Source: an uncultured cyanobacterium (GTDB lineage: Bacteria > Cyanobacteriota > Cyanobacteriia > Cyanobacteriales > Nostocaceae). Taken from it: a DNA stretch of 64,000 nt. Each line of letters begins with the position of its first letter. The stretch's first letter is position 1. Under the pieces are notes generated by a model. The model was given only the letters and a program-made list of their open reading frames with translations. It was not told the origin of the DNA and did not search any database. This document shows, one piece after another, positions 9,060 to 18,572 of this stretch. Position numbers and translations under genes: made by a program. The stretch is from NCBI GenBank assembly GCA_963740315.1, contig CAVUDP010000002.1, forward strand, positions 3,872,001 through 3,936,000. Reading direction: 5' to 3'.

Positions 9060-9776
9060 CTAAGAACCAAATTTACGTTTATCTGCCGGAACCACCCAAA
9101 TGGTGCAAAATCCTGACCTGGCTTTGCGGTTATATTGCGATAAAACTACTCCTAACTTTTGAGCATCTTTAATACATTCCTTATTATCCAAGTAACCGCG
9201 ATTCCAATTAATTAAATCCTTCGCAAATTTACCTTCACTCGACATTGCCCATTTCATTGCATCTACTTCTTCCCAGGTCAAATTATCTGATTGGACTAAA
9301 CTGTACCCTTTCCCTAATACACCAAAAATCCAAGGTGGTATTGTGACTCCACCTATAAAACCTGCTCCAAAAATTAGAAAGAATACAATAGCAGCCGGAT
9401 AAATAGAATTGATAATATTGCGACCTTCACGAACCAAAGATTCATGAATCAAAGCTTGTGCTGCTCGGTTAATTGCTACTTTCTGTCTTTGGACGGCGAC
9501 TTGTTCTACTGTTTCTAAATTCTTGGCTAAATCTTGATTCCAAGTTTTGAAAAGTACTCTTAATGTTTCTGGTGCATCCTGTAACATTGCTTCCAATTGT
9601 CCGGTAGCAACCAGTACCAGAAATAATGGGTCATCTTTTGATAAGCCACTTCTAAAAGCGAAATCCACTACTCGCTGCTTGAACTCTTCACTCTTCCCTT
9701 TCAAAGCTTCAGCAAGCAACTCATCGGGAGTTTTGGGTTTTTCTTCATTACTTTTTGAAGTATCACCCGTACTCAT
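9060..9776 (-). CDS. Membrane-anchored mobilization-associated protein (DUF6753-like)
   Basis: GLxxDDPLFLVLVATGQL motif, one TM segment, WAMSxEGKFA..WN motif; overlaps the upstream P-loop gene. Confidence 0.65.
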   Translation of the reverse strand: MSTGDTSKSNEEKPKTPDELLAEALKGKSEEFKQRVVDFAFRSGLSKDDPLFLVLVATGQLEAMLQDAPETLRVLFKTWNQDLAKNLETVEQVAVQRQKVAINRAAQALIHESLVREGRNIINSIYPAAIVFFLIFGAGFIGGVTIPPWIFGVLGKGYSLVQSDNLTWEEVDAMKWAMSSEGKFAKDLINWNRGYLDNKECIKDAQKLGVVLSQYNRKARSGFCTIWVVPADKRKFGS

Positions 9777-10774
9777 TGAATCAACTCCGTTGCAGCTAAA
9801 GAAGCATAAGCCACTTTGAGGAAATTTTTTACCCGCTGCTTAGGAATGACTTTCAGCTCGGGGTGTGCGATCGCCATATCAAAAGTTATCCCTAAACGGT
9901 CAATCATATTACGTTCCCAAAATGGGAATTTGGGAAAATCCATAACTATAAAATTGTAATCATCGATAGCCGATTGAAATTCTGGCATCTGGTTTATATA
10001 CTCCCATTCATCGCACAATCCTTGATTTCTCACAAACACATGAATAATGTCATTTCCAAAATCATCTAAAGATTGGAGAAAGAAATTCACCGAATCAACT
10101 CCTCCCATACAAACAAACCATTTGATAAACTTAATTGAATTGTCTTTACCCAGATTAACTAAATCATTACGTTGTATCCAATCAGTAACATTGGAATAAA
10201 CTTGAGCGGGTAGATTAACAAGTACAGATTTTTCAAAAGCTAAATCGAATATTTTATCGGCTTTGGATGCCAGCTTTTCATCATCACTAAAAAAAGCAAC
10301 TTCAACATTCGGATAAATTGTAGCTATGTCTTTGTTGCTGATATCCGCATCAACAATTGCAATATCGTAAGCGATAGAATTACAGTATTCAACAAATGTC
10401 CTACTGAAAAACGATTTACCACACCCCCCTTTTTCTCCATCAATAAGATGAATAATTGTTGGCTCTTTGAAACTATTTTCCTTCTCTACTCTCACAAAAC
10501 CATTAGTTGATGTTTGTTGATTTTCATCGCTGTTATCATTACTTGTACTAGGCTCTACCTCTGCGTTTCCATTGATTGGAGGTTCTGTAATTTCTTTATT
10601 GACGAACGAGCCATCAATTTCTTTATCCCAATCATAATTTTCTTCATTTGTCGGCAATTCATTGTTATCCACATTTAATTTTTCGGAATTATTTTCAATC
10701 TGCATATCTTCTCGAAGAGTTAAAGTAGTTTTTCTAGGTCTGCCTCTTTTTCTTTTCATTTTTCTATAACTCAT
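9773..10774 (-). CDS. ParA/MinD-superfamily P-loop protein, MobD-like mobilization protein
   Basis: Deviant Walker A IHLIDGEKGGCGKS, VDAD and VNLPA motifs. Confidence 0.75.
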   Translation of the reverse strand: MSYRKMKRKRGRPRKTTLTLREDMQIENNSEKLNVDNNELPTNEENYDWDKEIDGSFVNKEITEPPINGNAEVEPSTSNDNSDENQQTSTNGFVRVEKENSFKEPTIIHLIDGEKGGCGKSFFSRTFVEYCNSIAYDIAIVDADISNKDIATIYPNVEVAFFSDDEKLASKADKIFDLAFEKSVLVNLPAQVYSNVTDWIQRNDLVNLGKDNSIKFIKWFVCMGGVDSVNFFLQSLDDFGNDIIHVFVRNQGLCDEWEYINQMPEFQSAIDDYNFIVMDFPKFPFWERNMIDRLGITFDMAIAHPELKVIPKQRVKNFLKVAYASLAATELIQ

Positions 10775-10818
10775 AGGATTAACAAAGTTGATTAGCGTTG
10801 AAAATTGTAATTAGGGTT

Positions 10819-10996
10819 AGGCAATAGGCAGTCGGCAGTAGTGATAATGCTTTAAAACTTACTTTATTATGTATAAATCCAGCATGTAGATAACTTGAAA
10901 GCAGTTCCGATAAACAACAATTTATGTTCTTTGGGAAAGCTACGCTAACACTTCCAATAATATAAGTATTAGTATTTTTCCACTGCCTACTGCCTT
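10819..10996. repeat. Inverted pair of STRR 7-mers (AGGCAGT family)
   Basis: AGGCAATAGGCAGTCGGCAGT at ~10819-10839 and CACTGCCTACTGCC at 10982-10995. Confidence 0.5.
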
Positions 10997-11016
10997 CTTT
11001 GTGATTCAAAATGTTT

Positions 11017-11379
11017 CTACATGAAATTACTCAAACCCGCATCATCATAAACATGATTTTCTGTATCTTTGCTTCTAGAATTAGAAATTGATGGATATTG
11101 GGTTAAAAATGTCGGAGCATCTTCTAACGAAGCTAACTCAATAATTTCTTGTGCTTGCTTCCTGAGAGCTTTAATACAACTTTTAGCTACCCGCTGTACT
11201 TCTTTTTCATCCTCTGAATCATTAGCTATAGCCTGAGTTAGCCAAAATGAACGCACTGCTACAAGCATCATTTGAGTTTTACTAGTCATCAGATTGGACT
11301 GAATATAACTCATTAATTGGACATCCATTGGTTTACACGGTTGATAGCGCCAACGGAAATCTATTTGTTTTAACATCAA
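11017..11379 (-). CDS. Hypothetical protein, candidate ParR-like adaptor
   Basis: Small gene overlapping the stop codon of the ParM-like gene. Confidence 0.5.
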   Translation of the reverse strand: MMLKQIDFRWRYQPCKPMDVQLMSYIQSNLMTSKTQMMLVAVRSFWLTQAIANDSEDEKEVQRVAKSCIKALRKQAQEIIELASLEDAPTFLTQYPSISNSRSKDTENHVYDDAGLSNFM

Positions 11380-12482
11380 CTTACCTGTTGTGAAAAATAT
11401 AAAAACACGCTGTAAACATCAGCCAAACGACTTCCTAAACCGAAGCTATCAACTTGTGTTGGAATATCTGCTCCTACTCCCCATAAACAAGGTGTTCCAT
11501 TATAGTGAGAATTTAGCTCTCTCCTCACATAGTCAGCAGTTCCACCGCAAAACAAGATTTCAGAAACAATTGAACGGGGAACAACTTGGTCTAACCAGCT
11601 TGTAAGTACTGCTGCATATTCATTCCGAGCAAGCTTTATAGCCTGTTGTATTTGCATCAATTCATGGCGTTTATTGATATTAATAGTGCTTTTCAATAAC
11701 TTAGTTAAAGGTGTAGTAGAGATATCGCTACCAGCAGCCACTACAGCAGGAGCTAGTTGCGAAGCATTTTGTCCGGAAGTTCTAGCAACAACTTTCTCTA
11801 ATAATCGAATCATTCCTAATTCGCTTGTCTTTCCATCGGGTGCAACTATCCCCTTATCACTGATTAATACCGATGCATTCCTATAACCAACCATCACCAA
11901 CCCAATAGTTTTAGTTTTGATTTGCTGTCCTAATTTCTTCTGGTAGGCAAGATATATTCCCGCACCTTCAGGTAAACACTTGAATTCGGTCAATTTAACC
12001 TGGATTTTTCCTGTTGGAGTTATAAAACCAGAAAGTATTGCTTGAAGATTTCTATGAAAAATATCTCTATTTTCAAATTCTCCTGGTGGCAGCAAACAAA
12101 TAAGAGCCAGTCGAAATTTTTGACCTAACTGAAGTTTCTCTGAGATAGCCCAGACGAAAGCTAATGTTTTCGCAATTGCACGTTCGTACTTTAATTCTTG
12201 TAATCCCTGATTTGCATAATACTTACTTTTCGCCAAATATCCCACAGCGAAAGTTTCACCCATGTAATTAACCCATGCAGCATTTTCTGGTTCGGTTGCA
12301 CCCAAAATAGAGGTAGCTACTGAATCCAAATAAATTTTTACTACTTCCGGTTCCATTACCAAAGATGCTGTTTGATTTTGCTTCAACGTACAATAAATGC
12401 CTTTGGTTGCACTTCCTCCAAAATCTAAAGCCAGAATTAATAAGGGAGATGAATTATTTTTTTGTTGAGTGTTTTTACTCAT
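11376..12482 (-). CDS. parM: ParM/StbA-family actin-like ATPase
   Basis: LDFGGSATKG, LPPGE, PEGAG, GYRN and FCGGTA actin-fold motifs. Confidence 0.8.
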   Translation of the reverse strand: MSKNTQQKNNSSPLLILALDFGGSATKGIYCTLKQNQTASLVMEPEVVKIYLDSVATSILGATEPENAAWVNYMGETFAVGYLAKSKYYANQGLQELKYERAIAKTLAFVWAISEKLQLGQKFRLALICLLPPGEFENRDIFHRNLQAILSGFITPTGKIQVKLTEFKCLPEGAGIYLAYQKKLGQQIKTKTIGLVMVGYRNASVLISDKGIVAPDGKTSELGMIRLLEKVVARTSGQNASQLAPAVVAAGSDISTTPLTKLLKSTININKRHELMQIQQAIKLARNEYAAVLTSWLDQVVPRSIVSEILFCGGTADYVRRELNSHYNGTPCLWGVGADIPTQVDSFGLGSRLADVYSVFLYFSQQVS

Positions 12483-13404
12483 AAAATTTAATTAATTTAA
12501 TGCGGCAACTTCAAGGAAAGCAAAGGAAAATAAAGGTAGATTATTAATCAAACTTATGGACTTCTCGGTTATTTTCATCTCCATTTTCCTTATAATTCCT
12601 TTTTACTGTTTACTCTTCATAACACCTGTCTAGATACTATGGTTAAAGGATTTGAAGGATAAAACACAGTCTTAAATGACTAAATTCGGTGGTAATTTGG
12701 GCAAATATTAAATACAGCGTTAAAAATACGGCATAAAATATTCCAGCTTTTTATTAGTTACAAAGGTGAAACACACTACACCTTTGTTTTGGATGATGAC
12801 TGAGAAATAATAAAGAGATATCACGTTAAAAATTAAATTGCTCATATTTCTTTATTCCCGAATAATGGTTTACCGGCGCAGCACATCTGATTAACAAAGC
12901 TAATAGCTCAAATATTCCGTCTTGTTCGTTATTTCTCATTAATTCAATAAAAACCTTAATTACCTTGTTAGCAAACTAATACTAATTTCTGCAATATAAC
13001 TAAAGGCAGATAATACACTTAGACAAAAAGTATCTAAAAATATCAGTATAAAAGCAGCGACAGTTAAACTTACATCAATTAAAATTGTTGTATTGCTATA
13101 TTTATTTCTATGCTTATATCTAGGAGCATTATCTTAAAACTTTGCTTCTGTATAATTACCAGTTTTGACCATATAAAGATGTTTGATATATTAACTTGAA
13201 AAAGTCGCAAAAATAGCAATCGTAAGTCTTTATACACAATTGCAATGAATAAAATCTTACTTATTTTATTTAAAAATCACGTAATTAAAAAGATATATAT
13301 TTTGGCTATTTTTAGATATTTTTGGACAACAATTCTGCATACTTATCAATAAATGCGATAACAGTAAATAAAATTAATTCTTATTATTTTCTTAAATAAA
13401 AAAC
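12483..13404. promoter_or_regulatory. Divergent intergenic region, expected to hold oriT, promoters and possibly parC
   Basis: ~920 bp very AT-rich non-coding stretch directly upstream of the MOBV relaxase; nic site not identified. Confidence 0.35.
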
Positions 13405-14985
13405 ATGGCTTTTACAATTTGTCGAATCCAGAAAATAAAATCCTGGGGAGCTTTGGCTCGCAGTGAAGCTCACACTACAAGAGAAGTATATACACCTAAT
13501 GCTAATCTCCAGATAAAGAACTTAGAAGTAGTCGGAGATTATAACAACCTTGATTTAGTTTCAAAGGTGAAGAATAAAATTGGTTCCCAAAAGTACCGTT
13601 CTGATGCTGTTCTAACAGTAGAGATGTTGCTGAGTGCAAGCGCCGAATACTTCCGTCCCAATGCAGTATATGAAGGTGGAAGTTATGACAAACAGCGTTT
13701 AGATGATTTTGTGGAAGCAGTTGTCAAATGGTTGGATAATTCTTGGGGCGATCGCATAGTCAAAGCAGAGTTACATCTCGATGAAATGACACCCCATATT
13801 CACGCTTATCTCGTACCGTTGGATGAACGAGGGAAACTCAACTGCAAAGCTTTATTTGGTACGAGAGTGAAAATGTATCAGTTACAAGATAGTTTTGCGA
13901 ATGCTGTTGAACATTTAGGAATAGTACGCGGTGTTAAAGGAAGTGTTGCAACTTACACCAAAGTTAAGAAATACTATAGTGCAGTGAATCAAGACTCCCA
14001 AATACTCGATTTAGAGCGTTGTCTCCCCCAGCCACAAGCACAAGAAGAAAGTGTTGCATATAGACAAAGGGTAATTGAGCTATTAAGCCCGCAATTAGAA
14101 GTTATTAATTATCAATTGAGAGAACGCGACCGCCAATTAAAACAGCTCGCCGAGTTAAAACAAACCGCATCTGTAAGCGAAAAATTACGACAGCAGTTGG
14201 ATTCGGGATTACAGCTATTTAGAGCAAACAACGAACGACAGGACTCACCTTTATCTGAAGTTGCTTACGAATTGGGGATAAATCAATATAAGCATTCGGA
14301 TGATCCACTCTCTCTTGTAATGAGAGTTAATAAGTCAAATTTTGATGATGCCCTAATTTGGTTACGAGATAGATTTGGAGAAACCCGAATGCTAGATGCA
14401 GTGTCCAATCGCGCTTTAAGTATCGCGAAAAGAACATCTATCTCTACATTCGTACCACCTGAAGTTTCCGAAAATCACTTTGAACAAGTCGAGCGTTACT
14501 TGAGTCAAAATTATTCTATTCCACACAAACTCTTAAAAGCTTTACAACAGCGAGGTTTGTTATATGCTTCGACGAACGGTAATGCAGTATTCGTAGCTCG
14601 GAATTTAGATGGTGGAACAACAGGAGCTTATTTATATTCTTTAAAAAATAGCAAACAAGAATTTAGCTTATGCTCCGGTAGCAAACGTTCAAGTGGTTGG
14701 TTTCATTTGAGTGTAGGTGGAGATAATCGTGGATTAATAGAAACGGCGATTCTAAATTCTTCCCCAATAGATGCACTAAAAATTATGGTACAAAATGCAC
14801 CTCATAACCATAGAACAATTTATCTTACTCTCGATGATGAAAATGCACCATTACCATGCAAATTCCTCACGAATATATCAAATATAGTTGTTCTAATGCC
14901 AGAAAAAAGATTTAAGTCAATACAAAAAATTCTACCTAACGCTATTAACTTTTCACTACATAAACAGCAACAAATAGACTATTAA
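13405..14985 (+). CDS. mobV: MOBV (Mob/Pre) relaxase with C-terminal extension (DUF3991/degenerate Toprim-like)
   Basis: HxxR, EMLLSASAEYF and HLDEMTPHIHAYLVP (HUH) motifs; C-terminal YL..YA..NAVF..SPIDA. Confidence 0.85.
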   Translation: MAFTICRIQKIKSWGALARSEAHTTREVYTPNANLQIKNLEVVGDYNNLDLVSKVKNKIGSQKYRSDAVLTVEMLLSASAEYFRPNAVYEGGSYDKQRLDDFVEAVVKWLDNSWGDRIVKAELHLDEMTPHIHAYLVPLDERGKLNCKALFGTRVKMYQLQDSFANAVEHLGIVRGVKGSVATYTKVKKYYSAVNQDSQILDLERCLPQPQAQEESVAYRQRVIELLSPQLEVINYQLRERDRQLKQLAELKQTASVSEKLRQQLDSGLQLFRANNERQDSPLSEVAYELGINQYKHSDDPLSLVMRVNKSNFDDALIWLRDRFGETRMLDAVSNRALSIAKRTSISTFVPPEVSENHFEQVERYLSQNYSIPHKLLKALQQRGLLYASTNGNAVFVARNLDGGTTGAYLYSLKNSKQEFSLCSGSKRSSGWFHLSVGGDNRGLIETAILNSSPIDALKIMVQNAPHNHRTIYLTLDDENAPLPCKFLTNISNIVVLMPEKRFKSIQKILPNAINFSLHKQQQIDY

Positions 14986-15719
14986 CCTCATAATTGCTGT
15001 ATCTAATGGAAATTTTAATTGAATAGTAAAAATTCAGTGCAATAAGTAATTAAAATCACTATATGTTTATCAGCCCTATAGGAAAATTATAGATAGCATA
15101 AAGGTTGCTCATATAAGTGTTATTCAATGCATAGAAGATACTATGAGTAATATTTATTTTTGTTAAGATGCCTTGACCTGTATATCCTATCAATCTGATG
15201 ACAGTATATTTGATGCATAGTAACCGAATATTTTTCAAATGAGAATATTTATCGACTACGTATATATATCCAAAAATACTAATTTTTTATGTAGATAATT
15301 TGTCTCTTATAACTCAAATTATTATTTTAATTTTTCAGCAAAATATCATTAAATGTTGTAGTTATTTGAAGGCTGTATTTTTTTAAGCTAGTATGAATTA
15401 ACTGACATTTAAATTTGAATTTTTTGTAAAGTTAGGACTATTTATAATTCACAACTGACGGGAGATAACAACTACTAGGGAGGAAAATCACAAAGTAAGT
15501 TTTTAAGCCGCTATTTTCTCTTTCTCCCTTGTTGAAGTGATGAATTAATAAGAGTAACCGTGCTACAGCAAAAATGACGAGAACACCGGACAAAGATGTC
15601 TGGTTTTTTTACAGATAAAACAGGAATATTTTTATCATCAATTAGCAACAAATTCGTTAGTCAAATTGTTAGAATTTGATTCAATTTAATCTGTTGATAA
15701 AAGGTAACAAGTTGTAGTT

Positions 15720-16544
15720 ATGAATGAAGAAAATAACATAATTTTCAACCCAAAGGCTCATCAACATTGTGATAAACAATTACCGAGAGTATCAACAACT
15801 TCATGGCATTATCATGATTTTTCCTGGAAAGCTTATCAACTTCCAAATGGTGCTTTGTTCATGAGTGACCGCCAGATGGCATTATTGGTAGGTCAGCCAA
15901 AAAACATTGTGCGCTCGTTTATTGAATCGCAAAGCTTAGAAACTTTAACAGCACAAATTGAAAATGGTGTAGAGGTTCAAGTCTATCCCTTGTCTGTAGC
16001 AGCAATTTACTTATCAACACTATTGAAGAATGGAGAGTTAGATAAACATCCCACGCAGCTTTCTCGTCCCCAATGGCATTCTTTGATTAAAGCGTTATGC
16101 AATTTTAAACCAGCATCTGGTAATACGCCAAACCCTTGTTTCTTCTCTGGTCGTTATTGGGTAGAAATAGCTAATCCGTTGTCTGTCGAAATAGAAGCTG
16201 ATACAAGCATCCAAGTTTTAGTATTGCAGTCTGGGGAATATCGTATTGAATACCAGGAAGGATTAAGGTGCATTGGACATGACCCCGACTGGTTAGTTAA
16301 TTATTCATCTAAGAAGGCAAGAACTTTGTCTGATTTAAATTTGTCGAAAGATATTACCGAATGTAGAGTTATAACCAAACATGGGTTTAAAAGTGTGTAT
16401 GCACTGTCAATTAAAGATTGGTTCTCGATATGGGGACATTTTTCTAACAAAGGTAATAGATTTGCTACTGCCATTTTAAAAGCTTGTGCAATAGAAGGCA
16501 TTGATACGCTTATTGAAAGGGCTATTTTGAGCGAAAAACAATGA
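15720..16544 (+). CDS. Hypothetical DNA-binding protein, antirepressor-like, apparently two tandem domains
   Basis: Similar segments AYQLPNGALFMSDRQ and VLQSGEYRIEYQE. Confidence 0.5.
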   Translation: MNEENNIIFNPKAHQHCDKQLPRVSTTSWHYHDFSWKAYQLPNGALFMSDRQMALLVGQPKNIVRSFIESQSLETLTAQIENGVEVQVYPLSVAAIYLSTLLKNGELDKHPTQLSRPQWHSLIKALCNFKPASGNTPNPCFFSGRYWVEIANPLSVEIEADTSIQVLVLQSGEYRIEYQEGLRCIGHDPDWLVNYSSKKARTLSDLNLSKDITECRVITKHGFKSVYALSIKDWFSIWGHFSNKGNRFATAILKACAIEGIDTLIERAILSEKQ

Positions 16545-16627
16545 GGTAGCATTGCAAAGTAGGCAGTGAGCAGTATTAATGAGGGTTTATAATCAATTTA
16601 GATAAGTTTAAGTATTTTAAACCATAG

Positions 16628-16912
16628 GTGATTAACTTTATGTCTTTTTCAAAGTTTAATGATGAAGAAATTACCCGACGTGGGAAAGAACTCTACGATT
16701 CTCAAATTCGTTTTCAAGTAGAGATACTACAAAACATCGGTAAAATTGCCTCGATTAATATTGAAACAGGTGAATATGAGATAGGTGATGATTTACTTAT
16801 AACAAGTCGGCGATTACGAGAAAAGCAAGCCGATGCACTAATTTGGGCTGAAAGAATCGGGTTTAATGCTGTCTTTGCTTTAAGTGGAACTTTAGTTAGA
16901 AAAGATGTCTAA
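16628..16912 (+). CDS. Small conserved hypothetical protein
   Basis: RRGKELY..IR..VE..GK..INIETGEYE..RIG pattern. Confidence 0.6.
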   Translation: MINFMSFSKFNDEEITRRGKELYDSQIRFQVEILQNIGKIASINIETGEYEIGDDLLITSRRLREKQADALIWAERIGFNAVFALSGTLVRKDV

Positions 16913-16939
16913 CATCATTGTCAAAAGTCTATCAGAATT

Positions 16940-18508
16940 TCAAGAAGAAATTTCTCCCCAAAAACTAGTAATCGTAGGAGCAAAAACCGATGTATCCGGA
17001 CTTGATGCTGGTTGAGTTATATACTTTGCACGATTAGCGATCGCCAATATTCTATCCGTATCTCTAACATACAAAGGCACCATGATTTCTCGTTGTTCTA
17101 ACAGTTCATGTAAACCAATCTCCATCTTTCGACCTTGGTGAAACTTGCTACGCGCAGCCTTCTGAACGATTTGTGCTAACTCCGCACCAGTACAATTAAC
17201 AGTTTTATTAAGAACAATTCGCCATTCTTTCTCTGTAAGCACGTCGCCATTTTTATAACGGTTATCAAACTTCGCAAGATGCATGATCAAAATTTCTTTG
17301 CGCTCAATTGCTTGAGGGAATCCGACATAAAATATTTCATCAAATCTTCCTACCCTAGTTAACTCCGGTGGTAATGCATCAAGACGGTTAAGAGTTGCAA
17401 CTACAAATACTGCGCTTGTTTTATCCTGCAACCAAGTTAATAAAGTACCTAAAATTTGACGAGAACTAATATCTTCACCCGTAGATTTAGATGCAGCAAA
17501 AAGTTTATCAAATTCATCAAAATACATCACAACGGGGGCACAAGCTTCTACTCTTTCTAGCAAACGTTTGAGATAAACTGCACCATCGTTGATTATCAGA
17601 GCAGTGTCTACACTTATTAAAGGGAAACCTAGTATTTTGGCTATGACATTAGCTGATAGAGTCTTTCCTGTCCCCGGTGGTCCCACTAACAAACACCCTT
17701 TAGGAAGAGGAATGTTCGCAGTTCGTGCTTGAGGTAAAAAATCGTATTTGACATTTTCTATGTATTTCTTAAGTAAATCCAAACCGCCAAAGTCAGGAAT
17801 GCTGGGTTTAGCAATAAAGTTTAAATTAAAAGAGCGAAAGCGAGTGATTTTATATTCAAGCAGTTGTTGAGCGAAAATGTCATAACTTAATTGAGAACAG
17901 GAATTTAGTGCAATATTTAACCCATTAGATATTTCCTCCCTTGTTAAACCAGCGCAAGCACTGATTAAAGATTCTTTATTTAATATTCCTGGTGAATCAC
18001 ATAAGAATGTTTCTATCAAATTAGTAATTTCTTCATTACCGGGTAATGGATAATAAATACTTGGAATCAAATTGCTTAAAGCTTCTGGTAATTCTACATG
18101 ATCAGTTGATAAAATTACTAAATACTTTAATTTATTACTGTTCTTAAACTCAAAGTAAATATTGATTAAATATGAAACCATTTGTGGAGAATCTATGCTG
18201 ATTAACGATGATAGATTTTCAAATATAAAAATCCCTGCATTCTCATTATTTAATAAATTATCAAAACTAGTAAAAATATCACTATATTTAGGTTGTGGAT
18301 CAATAAAACTCCTAATTGAATGCGAATTATATTTTACTTTCTTGAAGCATCCCCAGCCAGCATTCCATACATAAAGGGGAATATCTCGTATCTGAGCGCA
18401 TTCAATATAAATTTCCTCTAATACATTCATTCTTTCTGGCAAAGGAGCATTAACACAAACAACTGGAATACCAGAATCGAAGTATAAATTCAAATTATCG
18501 AACTTCAT
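16940..18508 (-). CDS. AAA+ ATPase (Ycf46-like)
   Basis: Walker A GPPGTGKT, Walker B YFDEFDK, ATLN..LPPELTRVGRFDE. Confidence 0.9.
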   Translation of the reverse strand: MKFDNLNLYFDSGIPVVCVNAPLPERMNVLEEIYIECAQIRDIPLYVWNAGWGCFKKVKYNSHSIRSFIDPQPKYSDIFTSFDNLLNNENAGIFIFENLSSLISIDSPQMVSYLINIYFEFKNSNKLKYLVILSTDHVELPEALSNLIPSIYYPLPGNEEITNLIETFLCDSPGILNKESLISACAGLTREEISNGLNIALNSCSQLSYDIFAQQLLEYKITRFRSFNLNFIAKPSIPDFGGLDLLKKYIENVKYDFLPQARTANIPLPKGCLLVGPPGTGKTLSANVIAKILGFPLISVDTALIINDGAVYLKRLLERVEACAPVVMYFDEFDKLFAASKSTGEDISSRQILGTLLTWLQDKTSAVFVVATLNRLDALPPELTRVGRFDEIFYVGFPQAIERKEILIMHLAKFDNRYKNGDVLTEKEWRIVLNKTVNCTGAELAQIVQKAARSKFHQGRKMEIGLHELLEQREIMVPLYVRDTDRILAIANRAKYITQPASSPDTSVFAPTITSFWGEISS

Positions 18509-18572
18509 TGTAGAAGGCAGGGGGAAGGGGGCAGGGAGCAGGGAGAAGGAGAATTAATTTGAGTTTAGATTA

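Noticed and set aside
12483..13404. Specific oriT nic site or parC iterons
   Set aside because: Only weak AT-rich repeats are visible, so no site could be assigned from sequence alone
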